Notes: generated by a model not told the origin, from the letters alone. A DNA stretch of 63,310 nucleotides from Octopus bimaculoides (GCF_001194135.2 NC_068992.1:48669429-48732738); one strand, 5' to 3'; counted from the first letter of the stretch, positions 25,175 to 38,326 are shown. Made by a program: numbers and translations.

Positions 25175-25810
25175 TATATTATTTAAAAAATGGCAAAAAA
25201 TCATATATTAATTAATAGTCGAGAGAAAGGAGATAAACTGCGCTGTATAAAGTATTTAGAATATAAATTGTAATACTCAAATACAATTAGGATATTCATG
25301 AGCACCTCCTCGCACGAATTTCAGAACTTTAAAAATATGTATCATTAATAGTTATTTATAACGGTAACCGATAAAGAAGCCTTTATTGTTGAAAATTAGT
25401 TTTCCGTTAAAACATAATGCTGTTAGTTAGAGATCTATCCCTGACTAAGGTCACACGTTTTCAGAATCATGCACTTCTGTCAAATACTGATATTTTAATG
25501 TTTGTATGTATGCATTTCGTTATGATCATGGATCTGTTTTAGAGTGCAAAATAGATCTTCGCAAGAGATATGTTTCCTTAGCAGTGCAGCAGGTGTAGAA
25601 CATATTTCGTCTGTTTCCCTTGGGTTTTTTAAAAAACCGTTTCACATAAGATTTTCTTTACATCACGAGAGAGCTTACAAGCATTAACATATACATACAT
25701 ACATACATACNNNNNNNNNNNNNNNNNNNNNNNNNNNNNNNNNNNNNNNNNNNNNNNNNNNNNNNNNNNNNNNNNNNNNNNNNNNNNNNNNNNNNNNNNN
25801 NNNNNNNNNN

Positions 25811-25952
25811 CCTCCGTCTTCTGTTTCTGACGAAGAGCTTTGCTCGAAACGTAAAACTACCTTTCTTTCCTTCCGTGAGCGTCTGCTAATATTTTGCATG
25901 CACCACGTCCTTGCGTTGTTGTTTTTTCTTGTTATGTTTTTTCTTCGCTTTT
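25811..25952 (+). mobile_element. Penelope-like terminal-repeat fragment carrying the hammerhead
   Basis: A 142-bp island between two N-gaps that are themselves flanked by microsatellites. Its downstream part (gagcgt...ctaata...caccac...gtcc) resembles 54580-54740 on the minus strand. Confidence 0.55.
25823..25857 (+). ncRNA. Minimal type I hammerhead ribozyme of the Penelope-associated kind
   Basis: GTTT-CTGACGA-A-GAGC(TTT)GCTC-GAAAC-GT-A-AAAC. It has the CUGANGA and GAAA cores, a 4-bp stem II, a palindromic ACGT mini stem III, a GUA cleavage triplet and a 4-bp stem I (GTTT/AAAC). Confidence 0.75.
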
Positions 25953-26502
25953 NNNNNNNNNNNNNNNNNNNNNNNNNNNNNNNNNNNNNNNNNNNNNNNN
26001 NNNNNNNNNNNNNNNNNNNNNNNNNNNNNNNNNNNNNNNNNNNNNNNNNNNNNNNNNNNNNNNNNNNNNNNNNNNNNNNNNNNNNNNNNNNNNNNNNNNN
26101 NNNNNNNNNNNNNNNNNNNNNNNNNNNNNNNNNNNNNNNNNNNNNNNNNNNNNNNNNNNNNNNNNNNNNNNNNNNNNNNNNNNNNNNNNNNNNNNNNNNN
26201 NNNNNNNNNNNNNNNNNNNNNNNNNNNNNNNNNNNNNNNNNNNNNNNNNNNNNNNNNNNNNNNNNNNNNNNNNNNNNNNNNNNNNNNNNNNNNNNNNNNN
26301 NNNNNNNNNNNNNNNNNNNNNNNNNNNNNNNNNNNNNNNNNNNNNNNNNNNNNNNNNNNNNNNNNNNNNNNNNNNNNNNNNNNNNNNNNNNNNNNNNNNN
26401 NNNNNNNNNNNNNNNNNNNNNNNNNNNNNNNNNNNNNNNNNNNNNNNNNNNNNNNNNNNNNNNNNNNNNNNNNNNNNNNNNNNNNNNNNNNNNNNNNNNN
26501 NN

Positions 26503-26559
<57 letters not shown>

Positions 26560-26681
26560 GTGATACATATTATCCACACACAATATATATATATATTTAC
26601 TTACGCACACGCATATAATTGTATATGTATATACGTGTATATAACTGTCAATATGATATGATGATAATTAAGTGAACATAC

Positions 26682-26968
26682 CTGTGTTTTTAAAACGAGG
26701 TTAGCAAATGTGATTCGCTCTCCTGGTCTAGCTTGAGATATGGATATTCGTCCTGCGTCACCAGGCAACACTGATAGTCTGTGTCTTTCTTGTTTAGCCT
26801 TTTCCATAAGGAACTGCTGGATGGATTTCTTTCTTAATGGTGTCATGGGTGGCTGCATTTCATCCTTTTGGCTTCCTATACTCAACCGTTTCGCAGCAGC
26901 ACCGGAAGCACTGGAAAATGAGACGCGCGAACCTCTTCGACTGCTTTTTTCACCTTTTGCACTTAAAC
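26682..26968 (-). CDS. Internal coding exon of an unidentified minus-strand gene (basic, Ser/Arg-rich, several PKA-type motifs)
   Basis: Acceptor ctaactcacag|GT and donor ACACAG|gtatgt bound 287 nt that are open in one frame: LSAKGEKSSRRGSRVSFSSASGAAAKRLSIGSQKDEMQPPMTPLRKKSIQQFLMEKAKQERHRLSVLPGDAGRISISQARPGERITFANLVLKTQ. Phase 1 in, phase 0 out. The sequence is unique and non-repetitive. Confidence 0.8.
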
Positions 26969-27109
26969 CTGTGAGTTAGAAAACGATAGTATAGTTTAGA
27001 TAGATAGATAGATACACAGACAGACGGACGGACAGACAGACAGACAGACTGACACACAGATTGATAGAATTCGAGCTAAATTTGACAATTCATATAAATG
27101 GATAAGAAA

Positions 27110-27355
27110 ACGTAACATCCTACTCAAAAAATAAGTGTAGTTAAAAAAGAAATTAAATATAAACTAGGTTATAGATGGAAGATAACAGTTTACTCAAAGC
27201 CGCCATCCTCAGCTTGCAACAAAACTTTAAAGCGGCTTCGGAACTTGGTGCATGAATTCTTCACTGGCAAAAGCTTCAAATACATCTATGACTTTGGCTG
27301 CTAAGTTGGCCTTAGTGTAGAGCGGTTGGCGTCTTTTTCAACAACGCCCCCACAT
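27110..27355 (-). mobile_element. Tc1/mariner-superfamily transposase C-terminal remnant
   Basis: GVVEKDANRS..KANLAAKVIDVFEAFASEEFMH..FRSRFKVLLQAEDG.FE* resembles the terminal helix of mariner/maT transposases. Confidence 0.7.
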
Positions 27356-27357
27356 AT

Positions 27358-27389
<32 letters not shown>

Positions 27390-27540
27390 NNNNNNNNNNN
27401 NNNNNNNNNNNNNNNNNNNNNNNTATATATATATACGAGTGAGTGGACAAATAAAGAAGGGCACTCAAATTTCCAACGGCTGAGGATTAGCATCACACTT
27501 ATAAACTGGGATTACCAAGGAATTTGAATCAAATTGCTTT

Positions 27541-27579
<39 letters not shown>

Positions 27580-28794
27580 CAAAATGGGACACTGTTTCAC
27601 GCCTACGCCTGTGAATGTGCATTATAGTTACACCCTATAGGGTGTATAGGACGACTGCAAAAGACGATTGCGTTTACACACTGTGATGGCTTATCAATAA
27701 ACGACATTCTCCGACTTATTCCGTTTTGGGGAGTAGGATAGAATTTGATTGATATTCGGTTACTAGTTCTAGTAAATGGATTTCCACTTATGGCTTGAGA
27801 AAGAAATATAATTGTAACTCTTATTGAGCAGCCTCAGATTAGTTCTGCACAAACAGTTCTAATTAATATAAAAACATATTGGTATATTCTAGCGAAAGAC
27901 ATACTGTTAATGTGAAATGTATGTATCGCGAATATTCTCAAGTATTTGAAATGGAGGTTAGTGTGTGGTTCTCACAACTATAATCTCGTAGTCTCGATTT
28001 TTGGACCAAGTAGCACGTTGTATCCTTGAGTATCCTTTATTTCTTGTTTCTCTAGTTTACTTAACTGAAATAACTACGCGCCAATTGTTGGTGCAACCTT
28101 CTCTTCTTGTACCTGTCACAACCTGAATGTTCCGCTTGTTCAAGAGTAAGAGACCCGATAAGAGGTGTGTATGTGTGCTCGCTACGACATAGCCGCGCTC
28201 TAAACGATTGGCGAAAGCATAATACATAATATTATAGCGTTCTTGCTCGCGAGTGACGACTCTAGATGTATTGCTTTGACAATATCTACGTTAAAACAAC
28301 TGATGTTTTGATGTGTTGTTTCTTTGATCAGGTTAGCTGAAGTAAGTTCATATAAAGATTATTAAACAAGGAAGTGAGTAGTTCTTCTGTGAATCATTTC
28401 AGAATCCTCTATGAATTGGTAAAAAAAAATATATTCCTACAAATATTTGGGATACTGTCAGTCTCGGAACTAATGAATACACAAAGAAAATTTCTAAGGA
28501 TTCGGTTGTTTCTTTTCTTCTTCCTTTTCTACTTCAGGTGTGATTATTTAAGTTTCAACACTATATTTTGTCGTATAAACATCTTCCTCCGCTGTGTTGA
28601 AGAATTATCTTGGGACAACAATATTGTTGCAATAAAGATATAATCTATAAAACTAAAATACAAACCTCCAAAGAGTAGACCGAACAGTGTTTCGACAAAA
28701 ATAAAATTTTCTCAGCAACAGACGAGTGTATATTCACGCTTTATTTACACAGGATGGTGTGTATGGGAGAACGTTGGCTCAGCAATTGAAGCGT

Positions 28795-29180
28795 CTTTTA
28801 TCGTTTCCTTGTTTCAGTTATTAGACTGCGGCCATGCTGGGGCACTGCCTTGAATTTTCAGTCGAATGAATCTTCCTTCCCTAGGATTTCTGTTTTTTAA
28901 GCCTTGTACTTATGCTATCGATCCCTTTTGCCGAACCGCTAAAATACAGGGACACAAACACACCAACACCATGATACACACGCACACACACCTATATATA
29001 CATATATATATATACATATATATATATATATGTATATATATACACACACGAGTTTTCAATTACCGTTTATCTAATACACTCGCAAGGCTTGGTCGGCTCA
29101 AAGTTATAGTAGGAGACATTTGCCCAAGGTGCCATACAGTGGGACTGAACCAGGAACTATGTGGTTAGAAAGCAAACGTA
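28795..29180 (-). mobile_element. SINE family B, full length
   Basis: Same head (gttcagtcccactgtatggcaccttgggcaa) and tail (gcatggccgcagtc..ctgaaacaagg), with an internal (TA)/(CA) tract. Confidence 0.85.
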
Positions 29181-29299
29181 TCTTTTCATTCTCTCCATAT
29201 TCTGGCAGATTCGAACGGGAATATCTGATTGGATTTATTTTTTGTCAGAGAACGCATCTCTCCTTTAGCCGTTAAGTGTTCACAACACACGTGATTCAC

Positions 29300-29358
29300 C
29301 TCTGTAAGGGGCACGATGATTTTGAAACACTGCAAGGGCTTTCAAAGTCCTCTTACAC
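29300..29358 (-). CDS. Coding exon directly upstream of the 26682-26968 exon
   Basis: Acceptor cgttttccacag|G and donor GAG|gtgaat bound 59 nt. Only one frame is open (CKRTLKALAVFQNHRAPYR+G). It exits in phase 1 and joins the GT of the next exon as GGT (Gly), keeping the frame. Confidence 0.55.
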
Positions 29359-30752
29359 CTGTGGAAAACGTCTGTTATGAACTCATAACGTCATGAAGAG
29401 TCCTCGATTCAACTAGTTAAACCATGATGCAATAGCTCCACCTAGTGGAAATAACCTAATTTCTCTCAAATTACCGATAGTCTGCCATCGTAAGAACGGA
29501 AGACATTTGAAAAATCAAATTCATTAGTAAAAACCCCGGTATGGATACGGACATGGATGGTGGTAGATTTGGGAGACAGCAGAACAAAATACTCGAACGT
29601 ATTTAGGCTCGTGTGTGAGTGTGAGTTCAAATCCTGTGAGGGCTGCACTTTACTCTACATTCTTCGAGAAGTCGGTGATAAAAATAATAATGTGTCAAGA
29701 AATGATGTACTGCAGTTTCGATTCAATCAACGATAACTCTTTCCCTACAAATTGCTGGCCCCCTGCCAATAGAAGATATCATAATTAACATTTTCTTATG
29801 CAGTCAGACTTGAAGAATGTCCAAATTATCTGTCTTGCATTGTACTAGCTCTGTACTAGCACAACTTTGCTTTCCTTTCTTTCTCGAAACTTCCATTCAT
29901 CTTGTGTGAACACACCAACTTAGTGTGAGCTATTTCCTCAGTGAAAAGCACATTATCTCTACCGTTTATACTTTATCTAGTGCTAACATCTTTGTTTCTT
30001 ACTTCCTCACACAGTTTACTTCAGCTAAAGCTACATATTCACACTTTGTCTAACTATTCTTAAACCTTTCAAGATCATTATTGCTTTGCAATTTTACTTT
30101 TATTCTTCCGTCCTTCATTTCTCCTTCTTCTCTTCCTTCTTCTTCAGAAGTCTGTTAATCTCATTAGTTGTCCTAATAAATCAGCTAGCTTCGAGCCTTT
30201 GCTTCCAATCTTTTCGATTTTGACGTTCCTTCTCGTCCATCTACTTAACTCGGCCCCGCCATCCGCCACCAGACCTCTACACCAGCCACCTCTCACCTAA
30301 ACGAATACCACACTCATTATCAGCTTTCCCTTAAAAACTAACACATACGTCTCTCATCATCTCATACCCCTATCAATAGCTCACTTTCTCTCATCGTCTC
30401 CTATTATCTACTTCCTTCTTTCCCTCCCTCTCTCCTTTCCTATGTTTTCCCTTTCGTCATCATGTTGTTCTTACCTTCATGCTTAGCTTTCTCCCAATGT
30501 AATTATTATATAAACTGTATCTGTGATTACTTATTTGTAATCTTTCTCTCACTTTTCTTTGTCTCTCTTTGTTTCTCCCTCCTTTCCTTTATTCACCCTC
30601 TTTCAATATATATGTGTGAGTGTGTGTGTGTGAGTGTGTGTGTGTATGCATGTGTATATATTCTACACATTATACAGCTATATATGTGTGTGTGTGTGTA
30701 TAGCTGTAGAAGGAGGCATTTATGTATATACCTACACACACTCACACAGATA

Positions 30753-30805
<53 letters not shown>

Positions 30806-30904
30806 ATACATACATACAACTACACATCATACGCTGTGGCTAAAAATTCTTTATATAGGTTTACGTATTGCGGGATGAAACATCTTGCACGTTGCTAGCT
30901 ACTC

Positions 30905-30913
30905 TTGAAATAT

Positions 30914-30989
<76 letters not shown>

Positions 30990-31040
30990 TTATCTCTCTC
31001 TCTCTCTCGCTATCTCTCTCCCTCTATCTATCTATCTATC

Positions 31041-31083
<43 letters not shown>

Positions 31084-31170
31084 TTATCTCTCTCTCTCTC
31101 GCTATCTCTCTCCCTCTATCTATCTATCTATCTATCTGTCTATTTATCTATCTATCTATCTATCTCTGAG
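30905..31170. repeat. (TC)n/(TATC)n compound repeat with an internal duplication
   Basis: Read directly from the sequence. Confidence 0.95.
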
Positions 31171-31179
31171 TACATATCT

Positions 31180-31340
31180 TTTATCTTTTACTTGTTTCAT
31201 TTATCAGACTGTGGCCGCCTCTATGGGTTTATCGAACAAATTGAATCCAGTACCTATTCTAAAGCATGGTACTTATTCTATCAGTCTCTTATTGCTGAAC
31301 CGAGGATATAAACAAACCAACACCTGTTGTCAAGAATTTC
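31180..31340 (-). mobile_element. SINE family B, 3' part
   Basis: cttttacttgtttcat..gactgtggcc..tacttattctatc..gctgaacc. Confidence 0.7.
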
Positions 31341-31720
31341 TGGATGTTACACATTGTAGACCCGATCGGAGAGACCTCCGGAAGACACTAGCCAGTTTGT
31401 TTAAGCCGACACCCAGGCATGTCTAAGGAACTTGGCATTTACCAGCTCTGCCTGGCCTTTCAAGGACAGCTTCCCTACTTCTCGGTAAGACCGAATTCGC
31501 ATGGCAGACTAGCCGAAACGTTCCATTTGTGCCTTATGCACCTGCTCATCGTCCCTCGTATGTCAGCAGTCGTTACCGGCTTTTTGCAGAAATTCGCCTC
31601 TATTACCGAGAGCCGTGACAGGCCGCCCAGGCACGAACTAAAGTCCACTACGTTGGACCCATCGTCCTCCCCAGAAAGTCGAACGAAGTGCTGCTAGAAA
31701 GCCACATACGTCTACTTGAA
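31340..31720 (-). mobile_element. GC-rich remnant, possibly an L1/Tx1 RT
   Basis: KLSLKGQAELVN resembles the Tx1 RKLSL.GR...N motif. The rest aligns poorly. Confidence 0.3.
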
Positions 31721-31899
31721 GCCGTTTAGCACCTACATACATAGACACGTATGTATGTAATAGTGTATGTATGAATATATGTATGTTACATGAAAGCATG
31801 TATATATACGCAATCAATGTTACTAAAAATTATAGAAGATAGAATTATTGAATATATTTAAGAGTACAAAGAAAAACTTAACACCTGCAAAACAAAATA

Positions 31900-34583
31900 A
31901 AATCGAAAAATAATTAAATGAGAACGTTAACTACTATAATTCACTGAATAACAAAAACCAAACCAGAACATAAGTGAAAATATATATAAATAGAAAGGAA
32001 TATGAGAAAGATTTAAGAATAGGATATTCTGAATGTAGAAATCATAAATCTAACAATAACCTAAAGATGGAAAGACTTAAAATCAATAGATCTTTCTATG
32101 AACCGAGGAAACAGTTCTGTGAAGGATAAAAGTTCATGATTAAATAGTATCAACAATAAAATGAACATAAACGTGACCATCATTAGTTGAATAAAAACAG
32201 GAATGAACGTCAATATAACCAGGAGAAATCAGATAATATATGACTCTGACAGCGTAGTTAGAAACAAAATTGGGGCTTCCGCGAGTATGTTCGTATAGTA
32301 AAAATGTTTCTAATTCAGGTACAAGGTCAGTAATTCAGAGAGGAATGTTAATCGATTAAATCGACTCCATTGTTTAACTGTTTATTTTTTTTAAGCGACA
32401 CCAGTAAAAAAAAATAGAGCGGCGGAATTTGAACCCAGAACACAGAATCCCAGGATTAATACCGTTAGCTATTTTATCCGATGCTCTTACGTTTCTGCCT
32501 ATCCACCATCTTAACTTGCATTAAAACACAAGCGAACAACTTCTCAAGCAACAATAGAGAAAGAGGGATGATGAAAGAAGACATCACTGAATGTTTAATG
32601 GAATCGGTAACGAAAAGTCACATTTGGAAATAAGAGAGGAAACAAATACCTCAAAATCTAACCAAGAGACTTTTGCGAATCTTTAGAAGAGAAGAATTTC
32701 AATTTCAATCCAAAGCGATTTTTTAAGAAGTCTGTAAAATTAGAAATCAATACAGCACCATCTACAGAAGTAGAAGAGTTCGTGGGTCGGGGGACAAGGA
32801 AATTCAACGCTTTGGGCACAGGAATGTTCAAAACAAGCTCAGCATCTGAAGAGTCATTTGAGAACATTTTAATTCGTATATTAATTCTTGAATTAGCATA
32901 GACGCTACAAATGAATGAACAAATAAAAGGTACAAAAAAGTTATGTAAACCCCTACTATTAGTTAAAAAATTATTGGATCAGTTATTTGAATGAGGTGGA
33001 AAGTATCAGAATGACTCATTGAGAAGCAAACGTAATCTCCAAGACATAAAAGAACAGCAAATTCTAATAACTATAAATCCATGACCTGCTTGTCTTACGT
33101 TTAAAAAGCCTTAACTGCAAAAATGTCAAAGTGGGTCAATAGCTACCTACGAAAAAAAAACCCACTACTTTCCAAGAAAACACAGCTAATGTTTCAAAAG
33201 ATCAGCTTTTTGTAAAGATTACTTATCAATAAAACATTGTCATAAGACTGTATAAGTAGAACGTCGTGTCTATACATGGTATTGATTTAACATCAAAAGG
33301 TTTTCGACAGAGTCTGATATTTGGGTCCTGTAAACATTTGTCACGAATAAAGTAACACCAATAATAGCAAGGTATATCAGTTTAACACCATTATCTGGCT
33401 TTTGAGAGACTAACAGAATCCACTTTGTTGTAAACATCCGGGCAAGATCTCCGGTTTGAAGAAACCTTTTTGTCACCAGATTCGATATCTCAAAAAATGT
33501 ATCACGGACGCTGCTAGTCTTCCTTTGACTTAACCATTAAAATACATATTATCACTAAATCTTTTGATACATATAAAGAGGGGATTATAAAAATATGTAC
33601 CAACATTTGAAGAAAGAAAATATTGCAAGTGCTCTTCCTCACTAGATTCCTTTTCATCCTGGACTGAAATCACCTTCACAGCTAGGCCATACACCTTCGC
33701 CAACTAGAACATTGTCATAAAATATCGATTATAGGACCAGAGAACTATCTAGTAAAGAAAAATGGGAAATTAATTCAAATAGATATGAAACACGAATTAA
33801 ACGGTTTCGAGCCCAAAAATACAAAGCAGGCTGAAATTACAGATATTCGTATGGAGAAAAGTGAAAAAAACAACAGATTGTTAGAAATAAAGCTGTACGC
33901 TAAAGATATGATGCTGAAGCGATGCAAAGAGAACTCTTCATGGCCGAATACGCAAAGACAGTAAAAGAAGAGAGAGGATAGAGAAGAAAACACTTCAGTA
34001 ATGACTGAGAATCGCAGGACTCAAAAGTGAAAGTGACGGATCTTTATATTACTTATAAAAGGTCGAAGCTTTTACCCGCGAGACTAACAAAACGATGAAA
34101 TGAAACTGAATACAGTGACTGGAGAATGTGTAGATGTTGAGGAAAAAAAAAAACAATTAACCTCATTATGTTCGATTTCTCGTCTTGGAAAAGATGTATA
34201 CAAACTTTAACAAGAAAGGAAAGACTTACGAGTAGATGAGTGGAACAAGAGAGGAATACGGAATTCAACGCTAGAAATAAAATTGTAGATATAAATGCGC
34301 TTGTCATCGTGTTTTAAGTAAGAAATTGTACATTGCGTAAAATGAAGCTATATTGAAACTAGAAAACTTCTGTCGCATTTCGAACCTACCACCTTAAAGC
34401 TGATAGAGATAAGAGATATATACATCGCACAGAAGGATGTAGAATGAGTTTGATAGAAATATTTCAAATTGACGAAGAAGGATCTATTAACATACTTAGA
34501 AACACACAAATGTAGACTGTTTAGATCATGAGATCAAGAAGTTATTAAATATATGTTTGTATGTCTACATACATATATGTGTG

Positions 34584-34633
<50 letters not shown>

Positions 34634-35600
34634 CGCGCGTGCGTGTGCGTGTGTGTGTGTGTACAGTACAAAGCACGAACTAATTGTTTAAATATTTATA
34701 TAAGCAGAAGCCATAGATAAGTGAAAAGTAATCAAAAAGTCATAATCAAAGCAAAACTGCAAGAAATACTACAGGAAAAAATTGATAGAAAAACTTCTTT
34801 GATGGTCAATATTTTTACTGGCTTGAACAGAGAGGAAGTGCGTCAATCTCAGAATTAAGAATGTCTTAAAGGCTCCAAACTAAAGACAGAAATGATAGGT
34901 CTACTTTTAGCTGCACAGATCAATGCCCAGACACAAATTTCTTCCAAAATAAATAAAAAGAAAAAAGTCAACAAAAATTGCGGGTTGTATAATCAACGTT
35001 TAGAAACAAGTGATTACATTTCTGATTGGACAGTCTTCGTAATGACAGAATATTTTCAAAGATATGGCTGAGTATGTAGCTGTATCGATTGGAAAATATG
35101 TAGTATATAAAGTCTATTTTAACATGAAAGCTGTAAATAAGTTTAATAAGTTGTACGGTTAGGTAGAATATCCGGTATGTGACAATGGTGCAAATACGAT
35201 GCTTTGAGACATGACTACACTGACTGATAAGAAGATTGAAGGGATCTTATCAGTAACAAAAGACTGAAACGGATACCTCTGTACTCCAGTCGACATTGTA
35301 ATCCGATTTCTTCAGATCAAAAACATTTCTAGGACGGGAGAAAAACAGCTGTCAATGTACAAGGACTTAAAAATAGAAATACGTTGAGACGTAAATAACA
35401 ACCTGCGTTAATAAAACGCAGTAGGTATGATAATAATGAACTTAGGATGGAAGATAACAATTATGGAAGGGTTTAAAACTTTATACACAAACTATGTAAA
35501 TCATTTCCAGACCAAAATTCTATTTAATGAGCATTCAACCCTCACAGCATATTCATTCACTTCGCTATACTAGGAAACAACCAGCTTCCCGCTTATTCAG
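31900..35600 (+). mobile_element. Near-complete, heavily decayed R4/Dong-type LINE
   Basis: Collinear remnants: FQSKAIF/NPKRFFKK; NYKSMTCLSYV*KALT; NHLIMFD; TEFNARNKIVDINAL; TRKLLSHF..HLKADRD; LKGSKLKTEMIGLLLAAQ; NCGLYNQRLETSDYI; YKDLKIEI. A SINE sits at 32300-32510 and a (TG)n tract at 34555-34665. Confidence 0.75.
32300..32510 (-). mobile_element. SINE family A inserted in an R4/Dong LINE
   Basis: aatcgattaaatcgactcc..gcggcggaatttgaacccagaac. Confidence 0.7.
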
Positions 35601-35699
35601 AATTATCCTCTCAGCATGCCTTCCATACCATAACACAACCTATACCCCACACATTCTACGTTATTGCTGCTACACAAATAGAAAAATACACAAGTAGAA

Positions 35700-36355
35700 C
35701 AACATATAATATACGCAAAATCATAACCGTTATCGTTTTCATTCGATGTTGTTTATAGAGAATTCACTTTTCTTCACTCGCGATGATTGTACCCAGGAAA
35801 GTAGAGAACAATTATTTGATTGAGCTGAAAATCAGTCACATGGTGAATGACCGATTGACCAAGTCTGAATTCGTTTCCACTTTTCCTAGTTTATTGAAGA
35901 TGCTTTATGATCGAAGTGTGACATGAACTACAAACTCTTTGAAGTGGCTTTGGATTTTCCTCAACTACGCTTTACAGAAGGCTGAGGGAACTTGGGCGAG
36001 AGAAAAATTTCTCACGTGAAATTATGCAATCCAACGATAACATCTCTGTACACTTAAAGTTTCATTTCCAAAGAGAGAGCGAATCTTTCTCGCCGTTTCT
36101 ATTGCTAATGAGTCACTGTTGAATTCATAAAGCATACAGCGTCTGATATTAGTCTGATCTAAATGCATTTTAAAAGGGTAAAAGTCATACGAATTTAACC
36201 ATTATAGTATAAAGTAATCTGCAAAAAAAGATGGGGGAAAAATTTTAGATAAATACTTTAGAATGTAAAAAACATGTTTATTTTACCGTAAGTAATGAAA
36301 CATTACTCTGAAAGTGATCATGTCAAAAATACGACAGGGCTTTTTTCTAATCTAA
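35700..36355 (-). mobile_element. Mariner (DD34D-type) 5' part with N-terminal HTH
   Basis: MHLDQTNIRRCMLYEFNSDSLAIETARKIRSLFGNETLSVQRCYRWIA..F..NFSL; IIKHLQ*LGKV. The left end reads TA-TTAGATT, resembling mariner TTAGGT termini. Confidence 0.75.
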
Positions 36356-36500
36356 TATATATATGTATATATAATATATACATGCATACATATATATAAT
36401 TAGATAGATGGACAGATAGAGATGTATATTTAATTTTATATCTATATACATATATATGTGTATATATATATGTATATATATATTATATATATTCGTACGT

Positions 36501-36542
<42 letters not shown>

Positions 36543-36552
36543 NNNNNNNNNN

Positions 36553-36590
<38 letters not shown>

Positions 36591-37033
36591 CACAGACAAA
36601 CACACGCACATAGCTACATGTACATTACAAGGTGGACAGTTAAGACAACGGGAGGTCACTTGAACATTTTCCCATTTAAACCAGGAAGAATGTTTACTTT
36701 GTGTCGTCCATCATTATAGTTTTATTTCTTGTTTGTCGTACAAAATTAGAAAACTAAATAGTCTGTAGTAATTCCAAATATAGGAGAAAATCAAAAGTGT
36801 TTTTATATGTTCATATTTTCAGGACTTTTGAGGGTTTTTTCTTGTTGTTGATTCTTCGTTGATTTGTCGTTATACTGTTTGGTTATTGTTTTGTTGTTTT
36901 TTGCTTTGTTTCTGACTTTGTTGTTGTTTTTTTTATTTGTGTTCATTGTTCGCAAAGTTATTGCTTTTGTTAACTTGGCAGCGTTCCTCGGCTGGCTTTT
37001 GTGTAATTCAATATTTCTATTTATCATTCATCC

Positions 37034-37086
<53 letters not shown>

Positions 37087-37435
37087 TGTATGTGTGTNNN
37101 NNNNNNNNNNNNNNNNNNNNNNNNNNNNNNNNNNNNNNNNNNNNNNNNNNNNNNNNNNNNNNNNNNNNNNNNNNNNNNNNNNNNNNNNNNNNNNNNNNNN
37201 NNNNNNNNNNNNNNNNNNNNNNNNNNNNNNNNNNNNNNNNNNNNNNNNNNNNNNNNNNNNNNNNNNNNNNNNNNNNNNNNNNNNNNNNNNNNNNNNNNNN
37301 NNNNNNNNNNNNNNNNNNNNNNNNNNNNNNNNNNNNNNNNNNNNNNNNNNNNNNNNNNNNNNNNNNNNNNNNNNNNNNNNNNNNNNNNNNNNNNNNNNNN
37401 NNNNNNNNNNNNNNNNNNNNNNNNNNNNNNNNNNN

Positions 37436-37501
<66 letters not shown>

Positions 37502-37948
37502 TATGCATATGTATGTACAAGTGATCATAGTTCATATATAGAGAGATAAAGGACCAGAGAATGTGTCTGTGAGACAGGAGAAAGAGAAATATGCTTGTGG
37601 ATAGATAGATAGATACATACATACATACATACATACATACATACATACATACATACATACATACATAGCAAAATCAGAAATGAGCAGACAAGAATGTTAT
37701 GTGTTGCAGAAATAGAATTATAAAAGTTGATTCTTATCAACTGGCAACGGTTGTGATTGTTATCTATTGTGTCTTATATTGTAATAGTAGAAACCAATGG
37801 CCAGACTGAAGCCACCACCTACCATCATTAACTGGAGACGTTCGGAAGGTGACAACCACACTCACTCACACTCACACGCACGCATAAAGGTACACACGCA
37901 TACGTGTGTGTGCGTCTGAATATACATGTATATGTATACACATATATA

Positions 37949-38033
<85 letters not shown>

Positions 38034-38291
38034 GCACGCATATACTGAGGTATACTGTATTGTGAAAGGATGTTTCTGCAAGCATAAAGACAATTATTAT
38101 TATTATTCAGTGAATAAAAAATTTATGAGTAGTTTAGAGTTTCTTCTTTAACAATAGTGACTTCGCAGTTTTGTTAGACACTCTCTTCGCTCCTTTTCTC
38201 CCTATATATGAACTATGTTCACTCATATCCATACATAGTCGAGAGGCCACAGATACACCAATACATATGTACATGTTCTTATCTTAGAAAT

Positions 38292-38326
<35 letters not shown>

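Noticed and set aside
16881-29180. tRNA genes at A/B-box-like motifs
   Set aside because: These are SINE heads followed by SINE bodies, and I could not form a complete cloverleaf.
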